Origin: Candidatus Omnitrophota bacterium
GTDB taxonomy: Bacteria > Omnitrophota > Gorgyraeia > Zapsychrales > Fredricksoniimonadaceae
Assembly (NCBI GenBank): GCA_903901225.1
Contig: CAIUQE010000031.1
Coordinates: 28,676 to 92,675, forward strand
Reading direction: 5' to 3'
Length of the DNA: 64,000 nucleotides
Shown: positions 17,829-26,749 of the stretch, piece by piece
Position numbering within the stretch: position 1 is the stretch's first letter
Layout of the letters: every line of letters starts with the position of its first letter
Notes under the pieces: generated by a model
What the model was told of the DNA's origin: nothing
Seen by the model: only the letters and a program-made list of their open reading frames with translations
Database searches by the model: none
Translations under genes and position numbers: made by a program

Positions 17829-19079
17829 ATGGATCTTGTCGGAAAAAAAATCACTATCGTCGGAGCCGCGCGCAGCGGCATCGCGGCGGCTGAACTTGTT
17901 ATCCGGTCCGGCGGTGTGGCGCAGATCACGGATACCAAGCCCGCGGCCGATATCGAACGGGCCCTGGCCGGGTTGCAGGACCGGGCCAGTGTCAGGGTTG
18001 AGGCCGGCGCGCACACGCGGGAATTCCTTGAAGGGTCGGACCTTGTTGTGGCCAGTCCCGGTGTCTGGAAGGACGCCTTGCCCCTGCAGTCGGCGAGGGA
18101 GATGGGTATCCCTGTCTGGGGTGAGATCGAATTTGCCTGGCGCTTCTGCACAAAGCCGGTCATCGCGGTGACGGGGTCTAACGGCAAGACGACCACGGTC
18201 ACGCTCATCGCGCATGTCCTTAATGCCGCCGGCAAGAAGGCGGTCCTGTGCGGTAATGTGGGCACCCCCTTTGCCCGGCATGTCCTTACGCCTGATGTGG
18301 ATTATTTCGTGGTTGAGATCAGCTCTTTCCAGCTTGAACTGATCGAAACGTTCCGCCCGCATATCGCCGTGCTGACGAACTTCAGCCAGAACCACCTGGA
18401 CCGTCATCCGGACATGCAGGATTATTTTAACGCCAAGCAGCGCCTTTTCATGAACCAGGCGCCGTCGGATTTCGCCGTGCTCAATGCCCGTGATCCGTGG
18501 GCGCGCAAGATCAGGGGGCGGGGCAGGGTGGTATTGTTCAACAAAGAAGGGGAAACAGAGAATCCCAATTATCTCGCGGTGCTTGAAGTTGCCCGGATCG
18601 CCGGTATTCCCGATGATGTGGCGTTCAAGGTTTTTGAAGCGTTCCAGGGTGTGGAGCATCGCACGGAGAAAGTCCGTGTCGTTAACGGTGTTGAATATAT
18701 CAATGACTCGAAATCGACCAATGTCGAGGCCGGGTTGTGGGCCCTGACGCGCGTGCAGGGGCCTTTGATCATGATCTGCGGCGGGCACGACAAGGGGAAA
18801 TTCGATTTCTCCGGCGTTCAAGAGCTTGTCAGGGAGAAGGTCACGAAAATGATCGTTCTGACGCGTGAGGATGTGGTGCGCGCGAAATTGCACGCGGCGT
18901 TCGATGGCGTGGTCCCTCTTGAGGATCACACCGATATGGGCGAGGCCGTGCGCGCGGCCGCGGGCCAGGCGAGGCAGGGTGACAGGGTCTTGCTCAGTCC
19001 CATGTTCCCCAGTTTTGACATGTTCAATGATTTCGAGCACCGGGGGCGGGTTTTTAAGGAGGCGGTCAGGAGCTTATGA
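17829..19079 (+). CDS. murD: UDP-N-acetylmuramoylalanine--D-glutamate ligase
   Basis: Start ATG 17829 with the GGGGAGAGG RBS (the ORF track's ATG at 17607 lies inside mraY). KKITIVGAARSGIAAA Rossmann motif and P-loop VTGSNGKTTT. Confidence 0.95.
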   Translation: MDLVGKKITIVGAARSGIAAAELVIRSGGVAQITDTKPAADIERALAGLQDRASVRVEAGAHTREFLEGSDLVVASPGVWKDALPLQSAREMGIPVWGEIEFAWRFCTKPVIAVTGSNGKTTTVTLIAHVLNAAGKKAVLCGNVGTPFARHVLTPDVDYFVVEISSFQLELIETFRPHIAVLTNFSQNHLDRHPDMQDYFNAKQRLFMNQAPSDFAVLNARDPWARKIRGRGRVVLFNKEGETENPNYLAVLEVARIAGIPDDVAFKVFEAFQGVEHRTEKVRVVNGVEYINDSKSTNVEAGLWALTRVQGPLIMICGGHDKGKFDFSGVQELVREKVTKMIVLTREDVVRAKLHAAFDGVVPLEDHTDMGEAVRAAAGQARQGDRVLLSPMFPSFDMFNDFEHRGRVFKEAVRSL

Positions 19080-20170
19080 GGGATATTCGCGGGATATTTT
19101 TTGCGTCGTATGTGATGCTGGTATGCCTTGGCGCGGTGATGATCTACAGTTCCAGCGGCGTTTATGCCCTGGAGGTCATGGGCAACAGCGCGTATTTTCT
19201 CATCCGTCATTTGATGTTCCTGGTGATCGGGGCTGTCATGATGTGGTGGGTCATGGCCATCGATTACCGTGACATCCAGAAATACGCCAAGTGGTGCCTT
19301 ACGGCCGCGTTCATCATGCTGGTCCTGGTGCTGGTCCCGCACATCGGCAAGATATCTTCCGGGGCGAGGCGGTGGTTCAGCGTTGGCCCGATCAATTTCC
19401 AGCCGTCGGAATACGCGAAGATCGCCATGATCATTTATTGCGCGGATTTCTTCGCGCGCAAACGGGCATTGATCCGTTCGGTCAATCTGGGGTTTATGCC
19501 CGTGGCGCTGGTGATGGGCGCGATGTGCCTGCTCATCGTCAAACAGCCGGATCTGGGCAATACCGTCCTGGTGGCGGTGATCACCATGTCCATGTACTTT
19601 GTGGCCGGAGGGCACAAGGTCCTTTTCGGCCTCATTGCGGCGATAGCGGTCCCTGTCCTGACGCTTTTGATCATCGCGGCGCCCTACCGCATGCGCCGCA
19701 TCGTTTCGTTCATGAACCCGTGGGATGATGCCAGGGGTGCCGGGTTCCAGCTGTCGCAGTCGCAGATCGCTTTTGCTTCCGGAGGCTTCTGGGGGGTGGG
19801 GCTGGGCAAGAGCGTCCAAAAGCTGTTTTACCTTCCGGCCGCGCACACGGATTTCATTTTTTCCATCATCGGCGAGGAGCTTGGGTTCCTCGGCGCGCTC
19901 GCTGTCGTTTTTCTTTTCGGTGTTTTTATCTGGCAGGGCACGCGCATCATCCGCAATACGGCCGACCCTTTCGGGTATTTCCTGGCGGCGGGGATCATGG
20001 TGATGCTCAGCATCCAGGTCGTGGTCAATATCGGGGTCAGCATTGGCGCTCTTCCGACGAAGGGGTTGCCCCTGCCTTTCATCAGCTACGGCGGGTCGGC
20101 ACTTATTTTCAACATGATGGCCGTTGGGCTTTTACTTAATATTTCCAGAACCCAGGATATCGGCGGTTAG
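19076..20170 (+). CDS. ftsW: SEDS-family peptidoglycan glycosyltransferase FtsW
   Basis: 10-TM FtsW/RodA family protein (LVPHIGK..., FIFSIIGEELGF, SYGGSAL). Its start overlaps the murD stop. Confidence 0.9.
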   Translation: MRDIRGIFFASYVMLVCLGAVMIYSSSGVYALEVMGNSAYFLIRHLMFLVIGAVMMWWVMAIDYRDIQKYAKWCLTAAFIMLVLVLVPHIGKISSGARRWFSVGPINFQPSEYAKIAMIIYCADFFARKRALIRSVNLGFMPVALVMGAMCLLIVKQPDLGNTVLVAVITMSMYFVAGGHKVLFGLIAAIAVPVLTLLIIAAPYRMRRIVSFMNPWDDARGAGFQLSQSQIAFASGGFWGVGLGKSVQKLFYLPAAHTDFIFSIIGEELGFLGALAVVFLFGVFIWQGTRIIRNTADPFGYFLAAGIMVMLSIQVVVNIGVSIGALPTKGLPLPFISYGGSALIFNMMAVGLLLNISRTQDIGG

Positions 20171-20172
20171 GC

Positions 20173-21252
20173 ATGCGCAAGGTATTGATCGCCACAGGCG
20201 GGACGGGAGGGCATATTTATCCCGGGCTGGTCACGGCCCAGGAGCTTCACCGCCGGGGATGTTCCGTCACGTTCATCGGTTTTTTCGGGCACGCGCAAAA
20301 AAAGATTACTGACGCGGGGTTCCCGTGCGTCACTATCGCGGTGAAAGGGTTCGTGGCCAAGGGGTGGCGTGAGAAGGCGGCGGCGCTTGTGGCGATGGTC
20401 AGGGCGTTCGTGGCCTGCCTGGGGATCATCCGGCGAGAGCGTCCGTCCGTGGTCCTTGGTTTTGGAGGGTACAGTTCTTTTCCGGTCATTATGGCCAGTG
20501 TTTGTTCGGGCATCCCCGTGGTGCTTCACGAACAGAACGCGGTGCCGGGGCTGGCCAATAAGGTTCTGGCGTTTTTCGCCCGCCGGGTGGCCGTCGGGTT
20601 CAGGGATACGGTCCGTTCTTTTTCGCAAGGCAAGGCTGTCTGGACCGGGAATCCCCTGCGGCTTTTTGACGCGTTACCGATCCGTGAAAAGGCGCGCGAA
20701 GAGCTTGGTCTTGACCCGCGGACCCTGACCGTCCTTGTTTTCGGAGGAAGCCAGGGGAGCCGCGCGCTGAACACGTGCGTTGTCGATGTTTTCTGTGCGA
20801 TCCCTTCCGGGATGAAAGTTCAGGTGATCCACATGACGGGTAAGGATGATCCCGTTGCGGTGAAGGCCCGTTACGACGCGCAGGGCGTGTCGGCGATGGT
20901 AGACGGGTATATGGAAAATATGGCGCTCGCGTATGCCGCGGCCAACGTCGTGGTGGGGCGTGCCGGCGCGGGAACGGTGACCGAGCTCGGGCTTTTGGGC
21001 ATTCCTTCTGTCCTGATCCCGTATCCAGGTGCCAATGATCATCAAAAGTACAACGCGCGGGTCTTGGAACGGCTGGGGATGGCGTCAATAATTGAGGAAA
21101 AGTTGTTGCGGCAGGATATCCTTCGCGATAAGATTTTTTCGGCGTTACAACGGGCGGCGGCTCCTTCGGGAGCGTCGCCATTGAAAAGTGAATTTATTCC
21201 GGATGGCGCGCAACGTCTTTGTGACGAGCTGTTAAGGGGGGTCGATGCGTAG
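20173..21252 (+). CDS. murG: UDP-GlcNAc:lipid I GlcNAc transferase
   Basis: MRKVLIATGGTGGHIYPGL N-terminal G-loop. GT28 architecture. Confidence 0.95.
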   Translation: MRKVLIATGGTGGHIYPGLVTAQELHRRGCSVTFIGFFGHAQKKITDAGFPCVTIAVKGFVAKGWREKAAALVAMVRAFVACLGIIRRERPSVVLGFGGYSSFPVIMASVCSGIPVVLHEQNAVPGLANKVLAFFARRVAVGFRDTVRSFSQGKAVWTGNPLRLFDALPIREKAREELGLDPRTLTVLVFGGSQGSRALNTCVVDVFCAIPSGMKVQVIHMTGKDDPVAVKARYDAQGVSAMVDGYMENMALAYAAANVVVGRAGAGTVTELGLLGIPSVLIPYPGANDHQKYNARVLERLGMASIIEEKLLRQDILRDKIFSALQRAAAPSGASPLKSEFIPDGAQRLCDELLRGVDA

Positions 21253-22024
21253 GGGCTTCGCGTGCGTGTGCTTTTTGCTGTCGGCCGGCATGGCGTGTGC
21301 CGAGCCTGCCGCCTGGCAGGAGCAGAAGAGCGAGCATTTTATTGTCGCGTACCAGAACGTGCCGGACAGCTTTGCCCAGCAGGTGGTTGATTCGGCCGAG
21401 GAATATTACCAGGACACCATGACGACGCTGGGGTTCACGCGTTACAAAGGATGGGCCTGGGACCGGCGGGTCAAGATCCGCGTTTATGATTCGCGCCGCA
21501 CGTATACCGGGTCCTCCCATTACGCGTGGTCCGCCGGGCAGGTGGATCCGTCCGCCAGGGAGATAGCAACGTTCCCGTCACAGAACGGTTTTTTTGATGC
21601 CACCCTGCCGCATGAGCTGGGGCACATTATTTTCCATGAGGCCGTGGGTTTCGGCGACAATATCCCGTTGTGGCTTGATGAGGGTGTCGCCATGTACCAG
21701 GAGAAAGCCAGGCGCCTGGGCGCGGATGATGATGTGCGCGCGATGATCGCGAACGGGACCTTTATCCCGCTGGCCGAGCTTGACCGCAACGGCCTTGGCG
21801 CGGGGACGGACCAGGCCCTTGTGCAGGCGTTCTACACCGAAGCCGCGAGTCTCGTCGGGTTCATGATCAACAAGTACGAGACGTACCGCTTTGAGCGCCT
21901 TTGCCGTGAACTGAAAGTGGGCACGCCTTTCGCGTGGGCCCTGAAAAAAGCGTATATGGAGTTTGATGATCTTGAGGCACTCGAAAAGGCATGGAAAGGC
22001 TACCTGAATGAAACAGCGGGCTAA
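21245..22024 (+). CDS. secreted zinc-metallopeptidase-like protein (HExxH...E)
   Basis: Signal peptide MRRGFACVCFLLSAGMACA. HELGHIIFHE zincin motif with a downstream Glu (LWLDEGVAMYQE). 259 aa. Lies between murG and murC, overlapping the murG stop. Confidence 0.65.
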   Translation: MRRGFACVCFLLSAGMACAEPAAWQEQKSEHFIVAYQNVPDSFAQQVVDSAEEYYQDTMTTLGFTRYKGWAWDRRVKIRVYDSRRTYTGSSHYAWSAGQVDPSAREIATFPSQNGFFDATLPHELGHIIFHEAVGFGDNIPLWLDEGVAMYQEKARRLGADDDVRAMIANGTFIPLAELDRNGLGAGTDQALVQAFYTEAASLVGFMINKYETYRFERLCRELKVGTPFAWALKKAYMEFDDLEALEKAWKGYLNETAG

Positions 22025-24362
22025 GACAAAGAGTGAGGTGCGGCGTTATCATTTCATCGGCGTCGGCGGGATGGGCATGGGCAACCTTGCTTTGCTCATG
22101 CTGGCCAAGGGGTTCGAGGTGAGCGGTTCCGACGAAAAAGAGAGTGAGCTGACGCGCCGCCTGCGCGACAATGGTGCCAGCATCTTCATCGGCCATGACA
22201 TCCGCAATATGGCGGGGGCGGATCGCGTTGTTTATTCTTCGGCCATCAAGGAGTCGAATCCCGAGATGTTCGAGGCGTTCAGCCGGCATATTCCTGTCCT
22301 GCGGCGTGCTGAACTCCTGGCCCAGCTGCTGAACAAGGAAGTGGGCATCACGGTCGCGGGCGCGCACGGGAAGACCACCACCTCGTCCATGGCGGCCTAT
22401 CTGCTCATCAACGCGGGGCTCAAGCCGACCACCGCGGTGGGAGGCATCGTCAACCAGGGTGATTATAACGCCAATCTCGGCATCGGGCGCCATATGGTCG
22501 CCGAAGTTGATGAAAGCGATGGTTCGTTCCTGTATTTTTCGCCGCATTTTTCCATCATCACCAATATGGACCGCGAGCACCTGGATCATTACGGCACATG
22601 GGAGAAGGTGCAGGAAGCTTTTGTGAAATTCGTGGGCCGCACCGTTCCTGACGGCATGCTGATCGTCTGTGGCGACGACAGGACCCTTAAAATGGTCGTT
22701 GAAGCCAGCGGGCGGCGTTTTACGACCTACGGGTTCGGCAGTGAGAATGACTGGGTTGCCAGGAATATCCAACTCGACGCGATGGGATCTTCGTATGATT
22801 GCTTTCACAAAGGCAAGCTTGTGGGGCGTTTTTCACTTACTATCCCCGGCAAGCATAATGTCCTGAATTCCGTGGCGATCGTGGCGCTCGGCCATGCGTT
22901 GAAGATCGATCTTGCCGTGATCCAGGAAACTCTCAGGACGTTCCAGGGGGTCAAGCGCCGTTTCGAGCGCAAAGGTGAGGTCGGCGGGGTGCTTGTGGTC
23001 GATGACTATGGCCATCATCCTACCGAGATCGCGGCCACGCTTCAGACCGCAAAAACACTTGACCGCAAACGGCTGATCGTTGTTTTTCAGCCGCACCGTT
23101 TTACACGGACCAGGGATCTGATGAATGATTTCGCGATAAGTTTTAACCTTGTCGACCAGCTGGTCCTTATGGATATTTACCCCGCCAGTGAAAAGCCGAT
23201 CGAAGGGGTCAGCGCCGAAGTCCTGATGGAAAAAATGCGTGAAAAGCGGCCGCAAGAGATCCTGCATCTTGCTAAAGGCGACGTGGTCGGGCATCTCATG
23301 GAGATCGTCAGGCCCGGCGATATCGTCCTGACGCTGGGTGCGGGTGATGTGACACATCTTTCCGATGATCTTGTCCGGTGCTTGCGACAGCGTCAGGGCG
23401 CGGGCCGCGACCGCGGGGTTATCGGCGTGATCATGGGCGGCTGTTCTTCCGAGCGCGAGGTGTCGTTGCGTTCAGGGGCCGCGGTCATTAAGGCGCTTGA
23501 AGAAGCGGGATGCCGGGCCAAAGGCCTGGACCTCCAGAGTGAAGATCCGGTCACGGTCAGGGAGTGGTTGAAAGAACAGAAGATCGATGCCGCGTTCATC
23601 GCCCTGCACGGTCGTTTCGGCGAAGATGGCGGTATCCAGAAATTGCTTGATGAACTGGACATCCCTTATAACGGATGCGGGCCGGCGGCCAGCGCCGCGG
23701 CGTTCAATAAATGCGTCGCCCAGAAGCTGTTCGAGGCCGCTCACGTCCTGACGCCGGTGACGGTCATCCCCGGCGGGGCGCAGGAACTCGATCTTCATGA
23801 TGTGGTCCTGAACCTCGGCGGGTTCCCCGTCGTGGTCAAGCCCGCCTGTGAGGGGTCGAGCATCGGGGTCAGCCTTGCCGCGGACCACGCTTCATTCAAG
23901 GCCGCGATGGACAAGGCTTACGGGTATGGCCGGGATATCCTGATCCAGCAGTACATCAGGGGGCGCGAACTTACGGTCGGCGTCCTTGGTGATAAAACTT
24001 TGCCTGTCGTCGAAGTGTGCGCCGGCGCGGAAAATCCCGTTTTTGATTTTCAGGCCAAGTATCAGAGCGACACGACCCGTTACATCGTTCCGGCGCAGCT
24101 TCCGCCGGAAACCGCCGGCCGCGTCCAGGCCGAAGCGCTCAAGGCGTATCACGCTCTGGGGTGCGAGGGATACGGGCGCGTGGACGTGCTGCTCAAGGAT
24201 GACGGCGAATTGTTCGTCCTTGAGGTCAATACCATCCCCGGGTTCACGTCGAAGAGCCTTTTTCCCAAGGCGGCCCGGGAGTCGGGGATAGATTTTAGCC
24301 AACTTTGTTTAACACTTCTTGATATGGCGTATGGCAAAAAAAAGACAAAACATCTCGCCTGA
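22008..24362 (+). CDS. murC-ddl: fused UDP-N-acetylmuramate--L-alanine ligase / D-alanine--D-alanine ligase
   Basis: 784 aa. The N-terminal ~460 aa is MurC (HFIGVGGMGMGNLA, P-loop VAGAHGKTTTSSM). After a short linker the C-terminal ~310 aa is Ddl (VIGVIMGGCSSEREVSLRSG, ATP-grasp motifs including EVNTIPG). Confidence 0.9.
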   Translation: MKQRAKTKSEVRRYHFIGVGGMGMGNLALLMLAKGFEVSGSDEKESELTRRLRDNGASIFIGHDIRNMAGADRVVYSSAIKESNPEMFEAFSRHIPVLRRAELLAQLLNKEVGITVAGAHGKTTTSSMAAYLLINAGLKPTTAVGGIVNQGDYNANLGIGRHMVAEVDESDGSFLYFSPHFSIITNMDREHLDHYGTWEKVQEAFVKFVGRTVPDGMLIVCGDDRTLKMVVEASGRRFTTYGFGSENDWVARNIQLDAMGSSYDCFHKGKLVGRFSLTIPGKHNVLNSVAIVALGHALKIDLAVIQETLRTFQGVKRRFERKGEVGGVLVVDDYGHHPTEIAATLQTAKTLDRKRLIVVFQPHRFTRTRDLMNDFAISFNLVDQLVLMDIYPASEKPIEGVSAEVLMEKMREKRPQEILHLAKGDVVGHLMEIVRPGDIVLTLGAGDVTHLSDDLVRCLRQRQGAGRDRGVIGVIMGGCSSEREVSLRSGAAVIKALEEAGCRAKGLDLQSEDPVTVREWLKEQKIDAAFIALHGRFGEDGGIQKLLDELDIPYNGCGPAASAAAFNKCVAQKLFEAAHVLTPVTVIPGGAQELDLHDVVLNLGGFPVVVKPACEGSSIGVSLAADHASFKAAMDKAYGYGRDILIQQYIRGRELTVGVLGDKTLPVVEVCAGAENPVFDFQAKYQSDTTRYIVPAQLPPETAGRVQAEALKAYHALGCEGYGRVDVLLKDDGELFVLEVNTIPGFTSKSLFPKAARESGIDFSQLCLTLLDMAYGKKKTKHLA

Positions 24363-25101
24363 TCCCGTTCTGGTCCGTACGATCGGGTTCGCGTGCATCT
24401 TTATTTTTACGATCGCCCTGGCGGCCATGGCCGTGACCTCGTTCTTGCGCGCGTCGCCATTCTTTACCGTCAAGGAGGTCGCGCTCGCTGATAATATCCA
24501 TGCGCTGGACCTTTCCGAATTCCTGAAGTTCAGGGGGCAGAATATTTTCAGCGTTGATCTTGCCCGCATGGAGGCAAAGATCCGGGCGAAGTATCCCCAG
24601 TTGGCCGAGTTGTGCGTGATGCGCCGGTTGCCGGATCAGATATTTGTCACGGCCCTCAAGCGCGAACCTTTTGCTTTCGCGTCATTGGACGGGAAGGCTT
24701 GCGTGATCGACCGTGATGGATTCATCATTGGCCCGTCCCAGCCGGGGCAGGCCCTGTTGCCTTTGGTCAAAGGGTTGAAACATCAGAAGATCCTTTCCGG
24801 TGACCGGGTGCAGGATGAGCGTGTGAGGGTGGCTTGCCAGCTCATTGCCCTGGTCCAGCAGGACGCGCGCCTTGTCACGGCGGGCCTGCAGGCCGTTAAC
24901 GTGGAGGATCTGGAGCGGGTCGTGTGCGCGTTCACGGAGGGGGATGGTTTTGATGTTATAGTGGACAAGACCAATATTCCGGCGCGCGTGAAGATGCTTT
25001 CGGACGTGTTATCAAGGGGTGGATTGGATCTGTCCCGGATAAAATACATGGATCTTCGTTTTGGCGAACCTGTCATCGGACAGAAAAAGGCAAAGAAATG
25101 A
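24319..25101 (+). CDS. ftsQ: cell division protein FtsQ/DivIB
   Basis: Short cytoplasmic tail, a single TM helix and a POTRA domain (FFTVKEVALADN..). Its start overlaps the 3' end of murC-ddl, and an alternative ATG lies at 24331. Confidence 0.8.
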   Translation: MIWRMAKKRQNISPDPVLVRTIGFACIFIFTIALAAMAVTSFLRASPFFTVKEVALADNIHALDLSEFLKFRGQNIFSVDLARMEAKIRAKYPQLAELCVMRRLPDQIFVTALKREPFAFASLDGKACVIDRDGFIIGPSQPGQALLPLVKGLKHQKILSGDRVQDERVRVACQLIALVQQDARLVTAGLQAVNVEDLERVVCAFTEGDGFDVIVDKTNIPARVKMLSDVLSRGGLDLSRIKYMDLRFGEPVIGQKKAKK

Positions 25102-26348
25102 AAGGTTTTCAGAGGTTCATCCGTCAGTTCCGCGGGGATCAATTTTACTGTGGTCTGGACATCGGCTCCCACAAGGTGAAGGCGAGCTTGAACAGGGTCG
25201 TTGACGCCCAGACCCTTGAGCTGCTGGCTGTGAACGAGGCCGAGACCCGCGGCCTTGCCGCGGCGTCGATCAATGATATCAGCGAATTCTCTTCGTCAGT
25301 CAGCGCCGCGGTCGGCGGTGTCATTCGCAAGACAAAAGTCAAGGTGCGCGACGTGCATCTGGGGCTCGGGGGCGAGTTCATCGAGACCCGGCCGGGCCGC
25401 GCGTTGCTGCCTCTGGTCGAGCGCGGGAACAAGATCGTGACACCGCGCGACCTGGACCTTGCCCGCCGGCAGGCCAGGATGCTGGGGGTGCGCCTTGACG
25501 AGGAGGTCATCTGCGACCTTGTCCAGCAGTTCAAGGTGGATGATGTGAACATCGCGTTCAATCCCGTGGGGCTTTACGGCCGCAAGCTTGAGGTGGAAAC
25601 GCTCCTGGTCCTGGCCGGTATCACGCGCCTGCGCAATCTTACCAAGGCCGTGCAGCAGGCCGGCTTCGAGGTGAATGACGTTCATTTCAACGGCTGGACC
25701 GCGACGGAACTCATGCTTGACAAGCGCCAACGCCATGACGGGTGCGTGTTTGTTGACCTCGGCGCGCGGACCACCATGATCCTGGTTTTCAAGGAAGGAC
25801 TTTTAAAACATTTCCGCAAGGTGCCTGTCGGGGGTGAATGCTTGACCCAGCACATCGCGGCGCGCCTCAATATCCCTTTCCCTTTGGCGGAAGATATCAA
25901 GAGATCTTACGGCCGCGCTTTTGACGGTGTGTCGGGCGAAAATACGGAAGAGATACTGATCAAGAAGGACCAGGGTTTTGTCCCACTCAAACGCCAGGAA
26001 TTGATCATGGCGGTGGAAGAGGACATCCGGGCGATCACGGACAATATCAGTGCGGCGGCCGTTGCTTCGGGCCATGAAGCGCAGTTGAAAGCCGGTGTTG
26101 TCGTGGTCGGCGGGGGCGCCTTGCTGTCAGGCCTGATGGAACGCATCGAGCACGACACGCGCATGCCCGTGGCGCTGGGGCGCAATATCTCGGGCTTGAA
26201 CACGGCGGCGATCTATTGCGTGTCAACGAGCCTCGCGGAGATGGGTTATAAGGGCACGTTCCGTTATAAGATCGATTCCCAGAAACCCTCGGACTGGTTG
26301 TCCGCGCTCCGGGCCAAGGCCCAGGAACTCAGCAACGAATATTTTTGA
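25098..26348 (+). CDS. ftsA: cell division protein FtsA
   Basis: Actin-like ATPase (YCGLDIGSHKVKAS..., GGGALLSGL). Follows ftsQ. Confidence 0.9.
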   Translation: MKGFQRFIRQFRGDQFYCGLDIGSHKVKASLNRVVDAQTLELLAVNEAETRGLAAASINDISEFSSSVSAAVGGVIRKTKVKVRDVHLGLGGEFIETRPGRALLPLVERGNKIVTPRDLDLARRQARMLGVRLDEEVICDLVQQFKVDDVNIAFNPVGLYGRKLEVETLLVLAGITRLRNLTKAVQQAGFEVNDVHFNGWTATELMLDKRQRHDGCVFVDLGARTTMILVFKEGLLKHFRKVPVGGECLTQHIAARLNIPFPLAEDIKRSYGRAFDGVSGENTEEILIKKDQGFVPLKRQELIMAVEEDIRAITDNISAAAVASGHEAQLKAGVVVVGGGALLSGLMERIEHDTRMPVALGRNISGLNTAAIYCVSTSLAEMGYKGTFRYKIDSQKPSDWLSALRAKAQELSNEYF

Positions 26349-26365
26349 TCCTTCACGGAGAGCCT

Positions 26366-26749
26366 ATGGCCAAGAAGATACTGATCGTTGATGATGACCG
26401 GGTGGGCGAGACATTGATCCGCCTGGCGTTGCAGCAGCAGGGATTCGAGGTTGTTTCCGCCGCGGACGGCCTGCAGGCGCTGGCGGAAGTCCGCCGGTCA
26501 AGGCCGGATCTTATTGTCCTTGATGTGCAGATGCCCAATATGTCGGGGTTTGAATTTATGGACGAGCTCAAGACGACGCCCGGCGGTGGCACGATCGCGG
26601 TCATCATGCTCACGGCCAACGACAATATGCAGGAGATGTTCCTTGCTGAAGGCGTGAAGGGGTATTTTGTAAAGCCGGTCGATCCGCGCAAGCTCGGCGA
26701 TAAGATCCGCGCGGTCCTTGGCGCGCAGGCCTTTCATGCACCTGCGTGA
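26366..26749 (+). CDS. single-domain response regulator (CheY-like receiver)
   Basis: KILIVDDD, phospho-acceptor Asp in LIVLDVQMP, Thr in MLTAN and Lys in YFVKP. No output domain. RBS ACGGAGAG upstream of ATG 26366. Confidence 0.85.
   Translation: MAKKILIVDDDRVGETLIRLALQQQGFEVVSAADGLQALAEVRRSRPDLIVLDVQMPNMSGFEFMDELKTTPGGGTIAVIMLTANDNMQEMFLAEGVKGYFVKPVDPRKLGDKIRAVLGAQAFHAPA

Noticed and set aside
17793-19040. 415-aa minus-strand ORF antisense to murD
   Set aside because: Shadow frame of murD. Its composition is R/H/P-rich with no recognisable domain. murD on the + strand has a P-loop and a Rossmann motif.
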